Below, piece after piece: positions 1 to 13,978 of a stretch of DNA of 64,000 nucleotides; the first letter of the stretch is position 1, and each line of letters opens with the position of its first letter. The stretch lies in assembly GCF_009914755.1 (NCBI RefSeq), contig NC_060928.1; one strand, written 5' to 3'. A model generated the notes under the pieces. That model saw only the letters and a list, made by a program, of their open reading frames with translations, was not told the origin of the DNA and made no database searches. The stretch is from the human T2T-CHM13v2.0 reference genome, Homo sapiens. A program made the position numbers and the translations under genes.

Positions 1-449
1 TCTGCCATACTTAACTGTGTGACATGGAATGAGCTGAAGAACCTCTCTAAGCCTCAGTTCCTTCTTTTAGAAAATGAAGCCTTTCCAGATTTCCACTGAT
101 TCTACAATTTATCTCCAGTTTATTTGCCCCATACAAGCATATTCTTCCTTTTGTTCTTTTATTTGCTACAATTTAAGATAAGAGATCAGTGATACCTGCT
201 AAGACTTAGAATCTGTCTATATTCAAGAAATAACATTTCAAATTAAAAATTTGAAGCCTAAAATTTGTGATTTGATTTTGTTTCCATATTAAACTATAAG
301 TTTCCAAAATAAAAGCAACCATGTAAAAATATTATGAGATCATTTCCTTCTCCTGGGAAGGGGAGAACTGAAAAAGAGGAGAGAGGCAGGCAAAGGCCTT
401 CTGGTCCACTTTGTTTCTGACAACCCCTTTTTCCTCCTCCCACTTAGCA

Positions 450-720
450 GAGAGAGACGTGGCAGCCTGAGCGCTGGTCAAGCTCATCCAACCAAGAGCA
501 CTTAGGAAGTCGGCACGAACACACCTAAGTAGCAGCCTGTTGCTGAGTGACAGAAAAGAGAGGCTGAGATGGTCACTCCAAAGAACAGGAAGCAGCCAGT
601 TCCCTCTGAACTGGTCCTCAGAGGAATCAGCTTCCTCACGCAACCCAGTTTGCCACGTCAAACTTCCTCACACAGAGCACCAAGTTAAAGAAACCTGACT
701 CAGCTTCAAGCGGCGACACG
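450..720. promoter_or_regulatory. Candidate intronic enhancer in SEC24D intron 1 (UPRE/CREB3-XBP1, AP-1/ARE and ETS motifs)
   Basis: GACGTGGC at 456-463, TGCCACGTCA at 651-660, ACTTCCT at 662-668, TGACTCAGC at 696-704; motif-only evidence. Confidence 0.4.
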
Positions 721-1059
721 GCAGAAAGCCACTTGGTATAAGCAGGCCTAGGATCAAAATCTGGGGAGCCCCAACCCCAGAACGGCCCCCTGGCTCACTG
801 TCACCCAGCAACTCTAGCCAAGGTGCACTTCTAACCCTGGAACAAGTTCGTATTTGGCCAGATCAGTTTCACTATTCGGATGTCCCGAGGCTTCAAGATA
901 TAGTTGCCATTTTTACCATGAATATTTCTAACATTTCCTTCCTTCAAAAAAGGAAATTAAGTTGATAAGGAGATGAGAAAACCGCTGGCAATGACACTCG
1001 AATGGTGGCCACTGAGGATCCTAACAAGGCAGTTCCTGCATCCCAAGGCAAAAGGTGGG

Positions 1060-1780
1060 GGCGGGTAAAAAATGCCCACGCCCACCTCCTGCTCCCCCAT
1101 CCCGCCGGCCCCACTATTAAACTGCACTAGAAGGCTAAAGAACAAAGAATGAGTTCTCCTCCCGCCGCCACTGCCTCAGGTGAGCACCCGGCCTCCCGCC
1201 GCGTCCCCGGGCCGGGCGCCGCAACCCGCTCCGCTGTGCCTGGGCAGGGCTGTCCCGCATGAAGGCGTCCGCGGGTGGGAGGCTTTACCTGTTCCCGCTC
1301 CCGCACCCCGCGGGCTTCCGAGCGCTGGCGGCTCTGCGCCTAGTGCCGGCAGCCCTCGGTGGCCGGGCTCCCGCTGCGGTCGCTTCTCCCGCCGCGCCTC
1401 TTCCCCGGCCGGCGTCCCCTTAGCCTGGACTCACGCTCGGAGTTGCAGCTGGGCTGGGAACTGCCACGTCAAACCCTTTCTCGGCTGCGCGCCCCCAGCG
1501 CCGGGCTTGGACCAGCCGCCGCGCTCCCGCCTGCGCACGCGCACAGCCACCGGCCGCCGCGGGGCGGGGCCACCGGGCTGAGCCTGCGAGCGGCCGAGCG
1601 ACCTCCCCCTTTTCGCTTTTTCCCTTTTTCCGGTTTTTTGTTTTTTGGTTTTCTTTTTCCCGTCTTTTCTTTCCCCTCCCCCTACAGGTCAAAGCCTTTA
1701 ACGTCGTGGCTAAATCAGAACCGTATTTTCTCGGCGCAGCCCCGCAGGAAGGAGGGGAGCGCGTTCATTCATTCTTCCAT
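1060..1780. promoter_or_regulatory. SEC24D: CpG-island promoter of the minus-strand gene (SEC24D)
   Basis: Very GC/CpG-rich stretch; GC box GGGGCGGGGC 1561-1570; NRF1-like TGCGCACGCGCA 1532-1543; GCCACGTCA 1463-1471. Confidence 0.85.
1289..1500 (-). other. SEC24D: Non-coding first exon (5' UTR) of SEC24D; TSS approximate
   Basis: Minus-strand donor CAG|GTAAAG with intron GT at 1288-1287 inside the CpG island; gene identity inferred from known divergent SEC24D/SYNPO2 arrangement on 4q26; no SEC24D coding sequence is in the window. Confidence 0.72.
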
Positions 1781-2595
1781 CAACAGGTTGCAGTTTCAGC
1801 TCTTCATTCATTACGTATTACTTAAATAACTAATAGTTCAGGTACTGCACTACCGTTACATACGGGAAAGTACACGATCTGGACCTAGGGGAGATTACCG
1901 TTTAAAGGCGAATCTGGCACGTGTACACGCACATTTGATGACGTACCCGTGCAATGCACTACAGAGGAAGGAACGCCCAAAGCAGCCTGGCAACGTGTAA
2001 CGCGGGAGGAGTGGGGGGTGGGGGAGATGTCCCAAAGGAAAAGTGTGGGAAGTGGGGTTTCCATTGATATTGGGGTTGTTAGCGTTGTGTATACTCCTTC
2101 TTCCGCATATTCCTTGTTTGTGAAGTAGGATGGCTGATCCCAGCCCCAAACAGGAATCTCTGCATGGAAAAGCACCCAGCGTTTAGCTCACCGTCCTGTG
2201 AGAAACAGCTCAGAAATAAAGGCAACCTATATGAGATCTGGAGCTTACCTCTCTATCTCACCCTAAAATCAGGACCATCTGGCTGGTTTCCTATCATCTT
2301 TCACTGCTAAATAGAAAGACATTCAGCCACTCCCAGGTTTGGTATAGCTACCACTTTGCTCAAACTTACAAAGTAAAAACCAGCCCGGTGTTGTTGTTTT
2401 TAACATGCACTTTCTTCCCGGCTACAAGAAAGCCACTTGACAAATACCTTTACTGATGAACTGCCTAGGTAAAAACGTACATGGGGATGTTGCTACTCCC
2501 GAAATGCTACATGAATTGTGCAGGAATTTTAAGTCATTTTAGCAGTAAAGATATATGGTCCATTTATCCCACTCTTAAAAGTTTTTAAGGCATGG

Positions 2596-2750
2596 GGCAA
2601 GGCACAGTGGCTCACACCTGTTATCCCAGCACTTTGGGAGGCCAAGCAGGGAGGATTGCTTGAGGCCAGGAGGCAGTGAGCTATGATCACACCACTGCGT
2701 TCCAGCGTGGGCAACAGAGTGAGACCCTGTCTCAAGAAAAAGAAAAAAAG
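2596..2750 (+). mobile_element. Alu monomer-length element (FRAM/FLAM-like or internally deleted AluJ)
   Basis: Alu 5' end (GGCTCACACCTGTTATCCCAGC) joined to right-arm 3' end and A-tail; TTTTAAGG on both flanks. Confidence 0.8.
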
Positions 2751-3183
2751 ATTTTAAGGTAAGATATCTGGCCTACATCCAGCTTCAACACTGATCAGGT
2801 TTGAAAACCCACATTGAAATTTTTGTTTTAAATTGTTTCTTGTATTCTCAATGTGATGAAAATGTTCAGTGGAAGTTTAGGAAGTTTTGGCCGGTGTTGA
2901 AGCAGTACAGCTTGTAAAAGCAGTGAAAGAACTTGTCATATAACAGCTACATTACAAGGAGCGAGTGAAGCTATGATACAAAGATAGGAGAGAGTAAAGT
3001 CAGAAACAGTCACACCATGTGATGACCTGCTTGACTTGTTACCCCTATAAAACCACTACTTTTGAATTGTAAATACATCCTCACCTCCTGCTCAGGTACC
3101 AAACTTGTCTGAAACCAGGACAATTTGTGGTTTCAATTCTAAAACAGTTTTTAATTCCTAAATGTTAAAGCTGGAAGGGACTT

Positions 3184-3513
<330 letters not shown>

Positions 3514-4589
3514 TCAATTCAATATTCAGTGAGAACTGAATTCAATTTAATCATCTAATGGATTAATAGAAAGGTTTATTGAGAAAATTTAAAAGGCTTA
3601 CTAGTCATTTATAGCTAGTTGGAAGTCATCCCTTCCAATTCCAAAGCTCTTTTCACCTCCCTATGCTTTTTACCTTCTGATACTCTGATTTGCTGTTCTC
3701 TTTTAACTAGTTCTGCCTTTTTCTCCTGTGACTGCCTTATATTCAAGTTCTCAAATAACTGTTAACTGACTGCATAGTTCCACCAACAATTGGAGTTACT
3801 TATCATGAATCTCTTTTTTAAATGAAACGGGCTTCTGGTTTGCGTCCTGCTTCTCTTGTCCTGTCCCCAAGTGCCTATGCCTTAGGTGACTAACTCCTAA
3901 CCTTGTTCCTGTGATTGAGTCCCTGGCCCTCACCAGCCGTGAGGCTTGGTCCGGAGTCTCAGTCTTCCTTGATCTGACCCATCCTGTTGCCACCTGAGCT
4001 TAGCCTCTGATGTTCCATATGTAATTAACTTAGTTTCCCAGGTAACCATATCCTATTTGAAAGGTGAGGTCACAAGGACCTCACAATGCCGACGTACTGG
4101 GGTTTTATGTTCTATGTTCCAACTTTAAAAGGGAAAGAAAGCAACAAGTCTACTATGCATAAGGCTATATATAGAGAGAAGGAATTTCCTGACAATGCTT
4201 AAGATTTCTTCTAATTGGCAACCTTTTGAAGGTTATGATGTACTAAGCATTTATGTAACTTACAAAGTTTGGAGGTTTCTGGTTCCAAAGCTGAAAACAG
4301 CTTGAAGAAGCTTTATTTAAAAAAAAAAAAATTGAAGTGGCCAAATCCTGGACTATTTTAAATACCTGGAAATGGAGTAAATAAGGTCAAGTTAAACGGG
4401 GATGATGGGAAGGGTACATGGTAGGGTAGGCTGAGTAGCAACTAATAACAGTAATAATAGAGTTCAAGTAATACCCAAGGTGCTTCTAGAATTACTTTTT
4501 TGATATCTCAAATATCATGCTGTAAGTATACTACATCACATACAGCTTCAATCACAAAATGGACAGTGGGACATCACACTGCTAACTCA

Positions 4590-4640
4590 GATTGACTCAG
4601 GTTTGAATCCTGACACTGTCACTTACTACTAGCTGTGCAA
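4590..4640 (+). mobile_element. MIR core fragment
   Basis: GGTTTGAATCCTGACACTGTCACTTACT..AGCTGTG resembles MIR core. Confidence 0.55.
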
Positions 4641-4644
4641 GTTT

Positions 4645-5940
4645 TACTTATTCAACAAACGTTTATTAAACACCTACTATAAACTGGATACTGTACTAAG
4701 AACTTGAATACAAAGTCAGATGAGACACTGCCCTGGCTGTGAGAAGCTCATGGAATAGTGCAAGGATCAGCCAGTGGCAGCTGATATGCTATATTTGGCC
4801 TACCCACCTGTTTTTGTACAGCCTTCGAGCTAAGAATGGCATTTACAGTTTTACATGGTTGAAATTTTTTTTAATATTTTGTGACACATGAAAATTATGT
4901 GAAATTCAAATTTCAGTGGACATAAATAAGTTCTCTTGGAACACAGCCATGCTTTTCTATTATCATATATTCTGTGGTTGTTTTTGTACTATAAAGGTAG
5001 AGTTAAGTAGTTGTGACAGAGACCATAAGGCCTGTAAAACCTAAAATATATACTATCTGGCCGTTTACAGAAAAAAGTTTGGTGCCCCCTGGTCTGGCAG
5101 GATGTGCAATTACAATATAGTTCATTTTCATTCCATGAAGAGACACAGGTTGCCATGAGAACATGTAAGAAGGGACACTTAACCCAGATTTGGAAAGTGA
5201 GTGACATCTCCCTGGTGGAGGTGGCACCTGAGCTGAGGACCTGAGGACAGTAATAAGGCCAAAAAAAAGGCTGAAGGGCAGCAGGGAATAGCATGAATGA
5301 GTTGAGGAAGATGAGGAACATAGGGCATTCAGAGGGGCTATAAGTCCTGTACAGCTTGGACATGGGTTTCTAAAGCAAACGAGATTAGGCAGGTAGGCTA
5401 GGGTAGCTCATGGATCCCTCAAAGGCACTGGAAAGGCAATGGAACAATTTAAGCATGGGAATGACACAGTGGATTGTTTTTTTCTTTCCAGAAAGATCAG
5501 TCTGGAGTTAGTGAAAGAGTGGAAGAGAGGAAAAGGCAAGACTGGTGGGGTAAAGAAGAGTTAGGACACTGTCAGCAATAATCCAGATGAGAATATGGTG
5601 GCCTAAGCAAAGGCAGTGGAGATGTGGGTGGAGAGGACAGACAGGTGGGAAAGAGGTTTAGAAGGCGTATCAATGGGACTGGGTACAGAAATCAGGAAAG
5701 TGAGGCAGAATACAGACAAACACTCAGATTTTTGATCTGTGAGAATTAGTGGATGAATGGTAGAGCTATATAAGGGGTGAGGGAAACAAAAACGAGAGCC
5801 GATATGGGGAGGGGATGGGTTCAGTTTTGGAGAAGTTCATTTTGAGCTATCTGTGGGACATCTACGTGGAAGTGTCCAGTCACCTGTGAGATACGTGTGT
5901 CTGCAGCTAGGAGACAAATCTGAACTGGAGGTAGTATAAG
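4645..5940 (-). mobile_element. L2 LINE fragment interrupted by MER58
   Basis: TTATTCAACAAACGTTTATTAAACACCTACTAT (L2 3' end, reverse) followed by typical purine-rich degenerate L2 body. Confidence 0.6.
4772..5092. mobile_element. MER58B-like hAT-Charlie MITE
   Basis: GAGCTAAGAATGG...AAGTTCTCTTGGAACACAGCCATG...CCTAAAATATATACTATCTGGCCGTTTACAGAAAAAAGTTTG. Confidence 0.75.
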
Positions 5941-5984
5941 GCAGCCAGCAATGAAAATTTAAAAATCAATCTGGCAGGCAAGAG

Positions 5985-6200
5985 ATCAATCAGGCTCTGC
6001 AGTCAGACCAAGTCATGACTTCTGGTTCTGTCCTTTATAAGCTGTGTGTACCCTCCCTAAACCTCAGTATTTTTATCTTTAAAAATTGAAGGAATAATAA
6101 TAATAATCTCAAAGGTCGTTGTGGGGATTAAATGAGATAATACAAGTAAATCACTCAGCACAATGTTTGGCACATAACAACTGATCAATAACGTTACCAT
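5985..6200 (+). mobile_element. MIR
   Basis: CCTCAGTATTTTTATCTTTAAAA...GTTGTGGGGATTAAATGAGATAAT..GTAAA..CTCAGCACAATGTTTGGCACATA. Confidence 0.75.
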
Positions 6201-6469
6201 TGTAGCATCATCATCCCAATCATTATTAACAACATGTAAGTGACAGTTGAAGCCATATGAGTAAAGTCAAAGGATGAAACCCCTGGGAACCTAGAATAGA
6301 TGCATGTTCTAAGTTTACTAAACCTTGGTTTACTCACTGTAAATTAGGAATATTATATTTCTCTCATTGTCATGGAGTAAAAAGGGTTATGGAACAAAGT
6401 AAAAGTAGACCAGGGTAAAAAGCACTGGGAATGCTGAGCTGGTGATCAGCAGTATTATACGGGGTAGGT

Positions 6470-6935
6470 AGGCAGGGCTCTTGGGGCCAGGAAGTAGTGC
6501 CACTCAGCTCTCCTTTCAATATAACCTGCTCTGAGGAATATAAGTGGCTGACAACCTTCAGCTTCTACCCCTTTGGAGCTGCTAAGGCACTTAGCCCAAA
6601 GCCACTCTCTCAGCAGCCCCTAGCCAAAGACTGCACTTGGTGGGGTTAATGAAGTCAGCATTTTTCCTAACATGGGACACCTCTAGAGGGATATCTTTTC
6701 TCTGGGGTTCTCTTTGCCCTGGCCAAGACTTTCTCAGAGCTGCACTGCAATCTGAGGTTCATCCTACCTCATCCTCCTTCCTGCCCTCTCTTTTTCACAG
6801 GTGTCAGATCTGCACGCACCAGAAGTCTCTCTCTCCTCCTCTTGCTTCCTAGCTCATCAGTTCTTATAGGTGTTCCTCTCAATAAATCTCTTACGTATCT
6901 CATTCCATGTTGTTGTCTGCTTTTCATCTGACCTG
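6470..6935 (+). mobile_element. Old ERVL solo LTR (LTR16/LTR33-like)
   Basis: Ends AATAAATCTCTTACGTATCTCATTCCATGTTGTTGTCTGCTT, similar to LTR16-group 3' end. Confidence 0.5.
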
Positions 6936-6939
6936 GCCT

Positions 6940-7290
6940 GACAGCCTCATGGAGAAGGTGAGATTTGAACAAAGCTTTGGAGGAGGTAAAGGAGTTAGCA
7001 ATGCAGATCATCTGGGGCGGGGAAGGGAATTCAGGCAGAAGAGAGAGCCCCCAAAAGTTCCTATGTCAGGAAGTAGGTGTCTGGCATGTTTCAGGAGTAG
7101 AAGGATGCCACAGAGTCTGGAGCAGAGGAAATGAGGGGAAGGTTGTAGGAGAGGAGGGCCTAGAGGTTAGGGGGTAGGCAGATAGTATAGGATCCTTAGG
7201 CTATTTTAAAGTTTGGTTTTTAATTTGAATGAAAAAGGAGTCCTTACAGGTTTTGAACTGAGGAATGACATGATTTGACTCACTTTCCAA
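6940..7290 (-). mobile_element. L2 fragment
   Basis: GGAGAAGGTGAGATTTGAACAAAG...GAGGAATGACATGATTTGACTCACTTT typical of L2 body. Confidence 0.55.
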
Positions 7291-9269
7291 TTTTTTTTAC
7301 TGATATGGGAGGCAGGTGTTCAGAACAATATTTATTTTTACAGTCGCAGTGAGATTTCAGGCCTCAGAAATGTATTCTGTAATCGTTTGCTTTCACACAG
7401 GTTTTCTTGGTCATGGCCAAGATTTGAGAACAGCAAGTGTTTTGGAGCCTCCTGCACTATAAAAGCAGGTAGAAAATTGAATTCTGACTGCTGCACGACC
7501 ACAGTTCTGTATTCATACTCACCCCTCACTCCCACCACATTCCTGGTGACTTGAAAGATTTTCCAATTGATGAAGTGAGTAAGATGTGATTCAATGTTTT
7601 CATTGCACTGATTTTCTTGAGTGATCTAAGGAGACAAGTAAGCTAGTAGTATTGAACTGAGAAATTAAAAGCCCCTGACTCATCATAATAACAGGAAGAG
7701 GTAAAAACCGTACTAACAATCTAATTGAAGTCAGTGCCTGAATATGTGATCATTAGTAGGAAGAAATGATGTTCCTTCGATTTTTTTCCTCAAATCTACT
7801 TATCTGATTACCTAGAAAATAATGCAATACTGTATTGTTGCATAAATAAGAAATATCAGAAATTTGGATTTTGGAATATTGTATATGTGGCAGAGACTGG
7901 ACATTTTTCTGGAATATCCATTATTCTGAGTGTGTGGCTGGTGTGTGGATGTCCGGCCTCCCCTGTAGCTGGTTGTAGCTTTATGGCTCACAGAGCACAG
8001 TGGACATAATATGTGCAACTTATTTGTCTCATCTTTAAAAGTCGCTTCCTGAGTCTTTCATTTTCTGCAAGCTAGAATGAAGACATGGTAGTAGTAAAGC
8101 CAAATTAACCCTCCAGGTGAGGATAATGCTCTAGGGTTGATGGCAAGAAATAATGAACCCTGGTCTCTGGTTGTCTTCATAACCAGGGCCACCTACCCCT
8201 CTTGAACCCTGTGTCTACCTCTGAGCTGGTATATGAGAGAAAAAGAAACTCTATGGAGTTTGAGCCACTGACTTGGGGTGGGGGAAGAATCTTTTACAGC
8301 AAATTAGCATATTTTAAAAATTAATATATTTTAAAAATTAAGAGAGATACTTGTAAATTGTACCAGTCAGAGAGCATCTACCACAAGAAACAATCCAATA
8401 ACACATCATAATCTACTAGAGTAAGAAGAGGACTATGGATAAAACTGAATTAGCCACAAAGAGGGGAAAACATAGACTGTTTGGTGACTTTATTGTTTTA
8501 ATGGAGTTGTTCAGTAAAAACACACCCCGATGTTTAAGTGTGGAGTTTTCTTTTGAAAAGAGCTGATGTTCCCATTGTTAATCACAATGGATACTGTTTC
8601 ACTGGCCAAGAATGAAGGTGACTTTTCGGATTGAGAAAGGAGAGGCTCCCCTTCCTCTTCTTCCAAGGTCTAAACGTTGAGTCTAGACTGAGAGATACTG
8701 AGAAGTCTGCAACTGTGCCACTTGAGAGAGTTACATCTCAAGAGTTAATCTCAGCCACAGGAAGACAGGTCACAAGCCAGTGCTTGTGTTTGCGGCAGCA
8801 GTGAGGCTGGGAGCCCATTTCTAGGCCAGCCCCATGTGTCAGCGCCCTTCAGCCCCACTGGGGCAGTTCTGAGTTCCATCACCACTAACAAGAATCAAGA
8901 GCAACTCTTTGATCCCGAGGGGCAGGGTTCTCTCTCGTTTTAGACCTGAGGAGTGGAGGAGATGCAGATGGCAGAGCATGGTGGCAAGATCTGGCTAGAG
9001 TGGACAAATCTGAGGATTGCACTCAGAAATAGCCACAATTCAGTCCCTGGAGAACCTTCAGAAACCACTGTGTCACCCTGAAGTGGGGACTGAATTCAGT
9101 GAACAGACAGGACCTTGTCCCATCGTATATATATATATCACTAGCAGATAGTATCATATTGACTTCTGAGAACACACTTTTTAGATTTCAGTTTTCAAGA
9201 TTTGTTTCCAGGTTGAAATTTTTCTCAATTAGTGCAAGAGAAGAGTTAACATTTGTTCTGGTGACTACT

Positions 9270-10445
<1,176 letters not shown>

Positions 10446-10944
10446 CTTTTTTTATTGAATTTATGATTTTTTATAGAGGCTTGATGTATTTGTGATATTA
10501 AGATTTCTAGACCCAGAACATAACCTGGTTTTTTTTTTGTTGTTGTTTTTTGTTTTTTTTGCCTTTGGGCCCTTCAATAAGTTAGGTGTTTTTGTTTTTT
10601 AAGGTATAGGTCCTGTCTTTTTTAACCTATTTTTTTACTATTATGTTTTATGTGAATCTGCTTTTTTCCATTTCTATTTCTAGTGTTTATTACCAGTAAA
10701 GAAATTTCTAAATAAATATGAGTGATCAAATTATCAAATTATCTTTCTTATTTTATTACTTTAAAATTGCAATTTTGGGGTTTTCTAGATATACAGCAAC
10801 CTCATCAGCATTGCATTTTTTTTCTTATTGCACCTGCAAGAAACTCCAAAATAATATTGATTAATAAACTTGCTGTTGAACATTTCTCTCTGATTGTGCT
10901 TTTAAAGGAAATGACTTTAGCATATACATTTAGAATAATATTTT

Positions 10945-11190
10945 AATGTATCAGCCCTACTGTGCCATGATATCTGATTAAACACAATTTCTGGGTTTGT
11001 TTTTGATTGTTTTTGGAAGAGAATAGCATTTGAATTGATGGAATGAGTAAAGTAGGTATCCTTCCCCAATGTGGGTGGGCCTCATCCAATCAGTTGAGAG
11101 CCTGAATAGAACAAAAAGGTAGAAGAAAGTTGAATTCCCTCTCTAACTGACTACTGAGCTGAAACATTAATCTGCCATCTGCACTTTTGT
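10945..11190 (+). mobile_element. MLT2-like ERVL LTR fragment
   Basis: CCCAATGTGGGTGGGCCTCATCCAATCAGTTGAGAGCCTGAATAGAACAAAAAGG. Confidence 0.7.
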
Positions 11191-11469
11191 TCCCAGGAGA
11201 ATCCTGACTAGTGTAAGTAGTGGGCATGGCAAATACAGAAACAGCTGTTCTGGCTTGCTTGCTTTCCTTTAGTAGAGAGTAGAAAGCTAAAACTACATTT
11301 TCCAGAATTCCTTGCATTAAGGCTTTTAAAACTTCATTGATTTTTTTTCTGTATTTTCCAAATTTTCTACAATTAACCCATAATTCACTTACTCAAGTAC
11401 ATATTGCTGGCAAGTGGCTGAGCCAAGTATACCCAACCAGATCTGTTGAACCCTTGATCCCTAAACTAT

Positions 11470-11515
11470 TGCAATGAGAGTGCAATAGAGAGTGCAATAG
11501 AGTCCAATGAGAGTG
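11470..11515. repeat. Short imperfect tandem repeat of TGCAAT(A)GAGAG-type units
   Basis: TGCAATGAGAG TGCAATAGAGAG TGCAATAGAG TCCAATGAGAGTG. Confidence 0.7.
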
Positions 11516-12190
11516 TTGGCTTCACACTGGATTTATTTCCATATTGCAACTGCATTAAATTTCTAAATTTTATTTGCATCATCTATTTTATCTGGAAATT
11601 CTAGTGAAGAGGACAGCCCAGCATACATGCTGGTTCTTGTCTTTTAGTGAACTTATGTATGTACCCTTGGCTTTGCTACTTTTAGCTCTATTTACTTGTG
11701 AGAAATACTACATGTTGCTATTACTGTGATCTCTTTTGTTCCTCTGTTATGAAGGAAGCTACTCATTTGTTGAGGGGAGCAATTTCAATATGTCAGAAGC
11801 TGATTTTGCCCCTCCCTACTCTTACTCTTTTAGGTGTGCCTCTTTACCTGGAGCTAATGTGCCATGCAAGAGTGGCTGTCAACTTAACATCACCTAGAAT
11901 TCACAGGATAATTAAGTGTCAGAGCTGTAGCCTCAAACATCATTCTAGCCCAATACTTTCATTCAGATAGTCAGACTCATAGTGCCATGAATTTTGGAAG
12001 AGCTGGGACTAGAACCTAAATCTCAATTTGCACTCCAGTGGCTTTTTATGATTCCAAACTTTATCCACATTTTCCGTACTTTACTTTCATTCAAAAGCCT
12101 CTTTTAAGAGTTTAATTTCAAATTATAACTGCATGTTAAGATGATACTTTGAAACCAACTTTAAAAAACAGAATAAGCTTCTTAAAAAAG

Positions 12191-12193
<3 letters not shown>

Positions 12194-12221
<28 letters not shown>

Positions 12222-12232
12222 TTATATATATA
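12194..12232. repeat. (AC)n microsatellite followed by (TA)n
   Basis: ACACAC run 12194-12221. Confidence 0.95.
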
Positions 12233-12871
12233 TTAAAATGCCCCCACCTCCACCCACACACACGGACACACACAGACACAACTCAGGGAGGGGAGGGGAG
12301 AGAAGGGAAGGGAAAGGAAGGGAAAGTCTTCCATTTATGGCTTGCTTTACCCAACACTGTACAGTCCTTGATAACCTGAGGATTTGGCTCTCAGCTTCTG
12401 CCTTTCTAGGCTCTATGCCTTCTTTCTGTGGCTGGGATCCACTGTTTCCAAGTAATCCAAAGGAAGGTGCAAAAGTGCTTTTGTAGCCTGATGCTTTAAC
12501 TATAAAAGCCAGTTCTTCTGCCTCCAGATTTCAGCTTTAACATCTCATCTTTGCATAAAGTAGGAACAAAGTGTCTCTGAGTGGGGAGTAGAAGTTGGAA
12601 AACCAAACTGTTCTCCTTAGATAGGATGATTTTACCATTTACACCTTCAGAGAGGCGAGACAGCCTCCTTCCTCCTGTTCCTGAGGCTGAGAGCTATCTT
12701 TCCCATTTAAATATAGTACTAATACCTTTTCCTCTACTCTCCCTACCATACTTTCAAATCATTTGTTACTCCCACTAAACTGACCACACAGCTTACAATA
12801 AAACAATATTTTAAACAGAAAAATAAGTGGAAAAATTCTAGTTTATCAGAGATCTCATCACTTCTACATAA

Positions 12872-13226
<355 letters not shown>

Positions 13227-13629
13227 TAATATTAAGGACCCTAACTTTTATATTCCTATATAGTCTCCACAGATGTTGACTAATTTCTCAGATGATTTTC
13301 ACATCTCTTTCTTTCTTCTGTAATTTCTGTCTTGTTTTCTTATTTCTTGTCTTCCTCTACTAGTCCTTTTAAAAAAATCAGCTCCCTGCTTTCATGAATA
13401 TAGTGCTTACAAGTTACTGAAAAGCATCATGACCATAACAAGCTTACTAGAAATCCAATGTCACTGAATCCTCCCAGTAGCAAATAAATGATGCCTCCCC
13501 TGCCTTTGTGATTATTGTTTCTGCTCTTAGGATGAATGGATAGACATGGAGTCTTTATATATAGAAGTATCATTCATCATTTCTAAAAGTAAGATAATAT
13601 CCTATTGATAAAATCTATAAAAACTATGA

Positions 13630-13978
<349 letters not shown>

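Noticed and set aside
1180-1829. ORFs of 90-156 aa across the CpG island
   Set aside because: Non-ATG starts, low-complexity Pro/Arg/Ala/Gly or Phe content; expected from stop-poor GC-rich DNA
8309-8342. ATATTTTAAAAATTAA tandem/palindromic AT stretch
   Set aside because: Short low-complexity slippage; no supporting context
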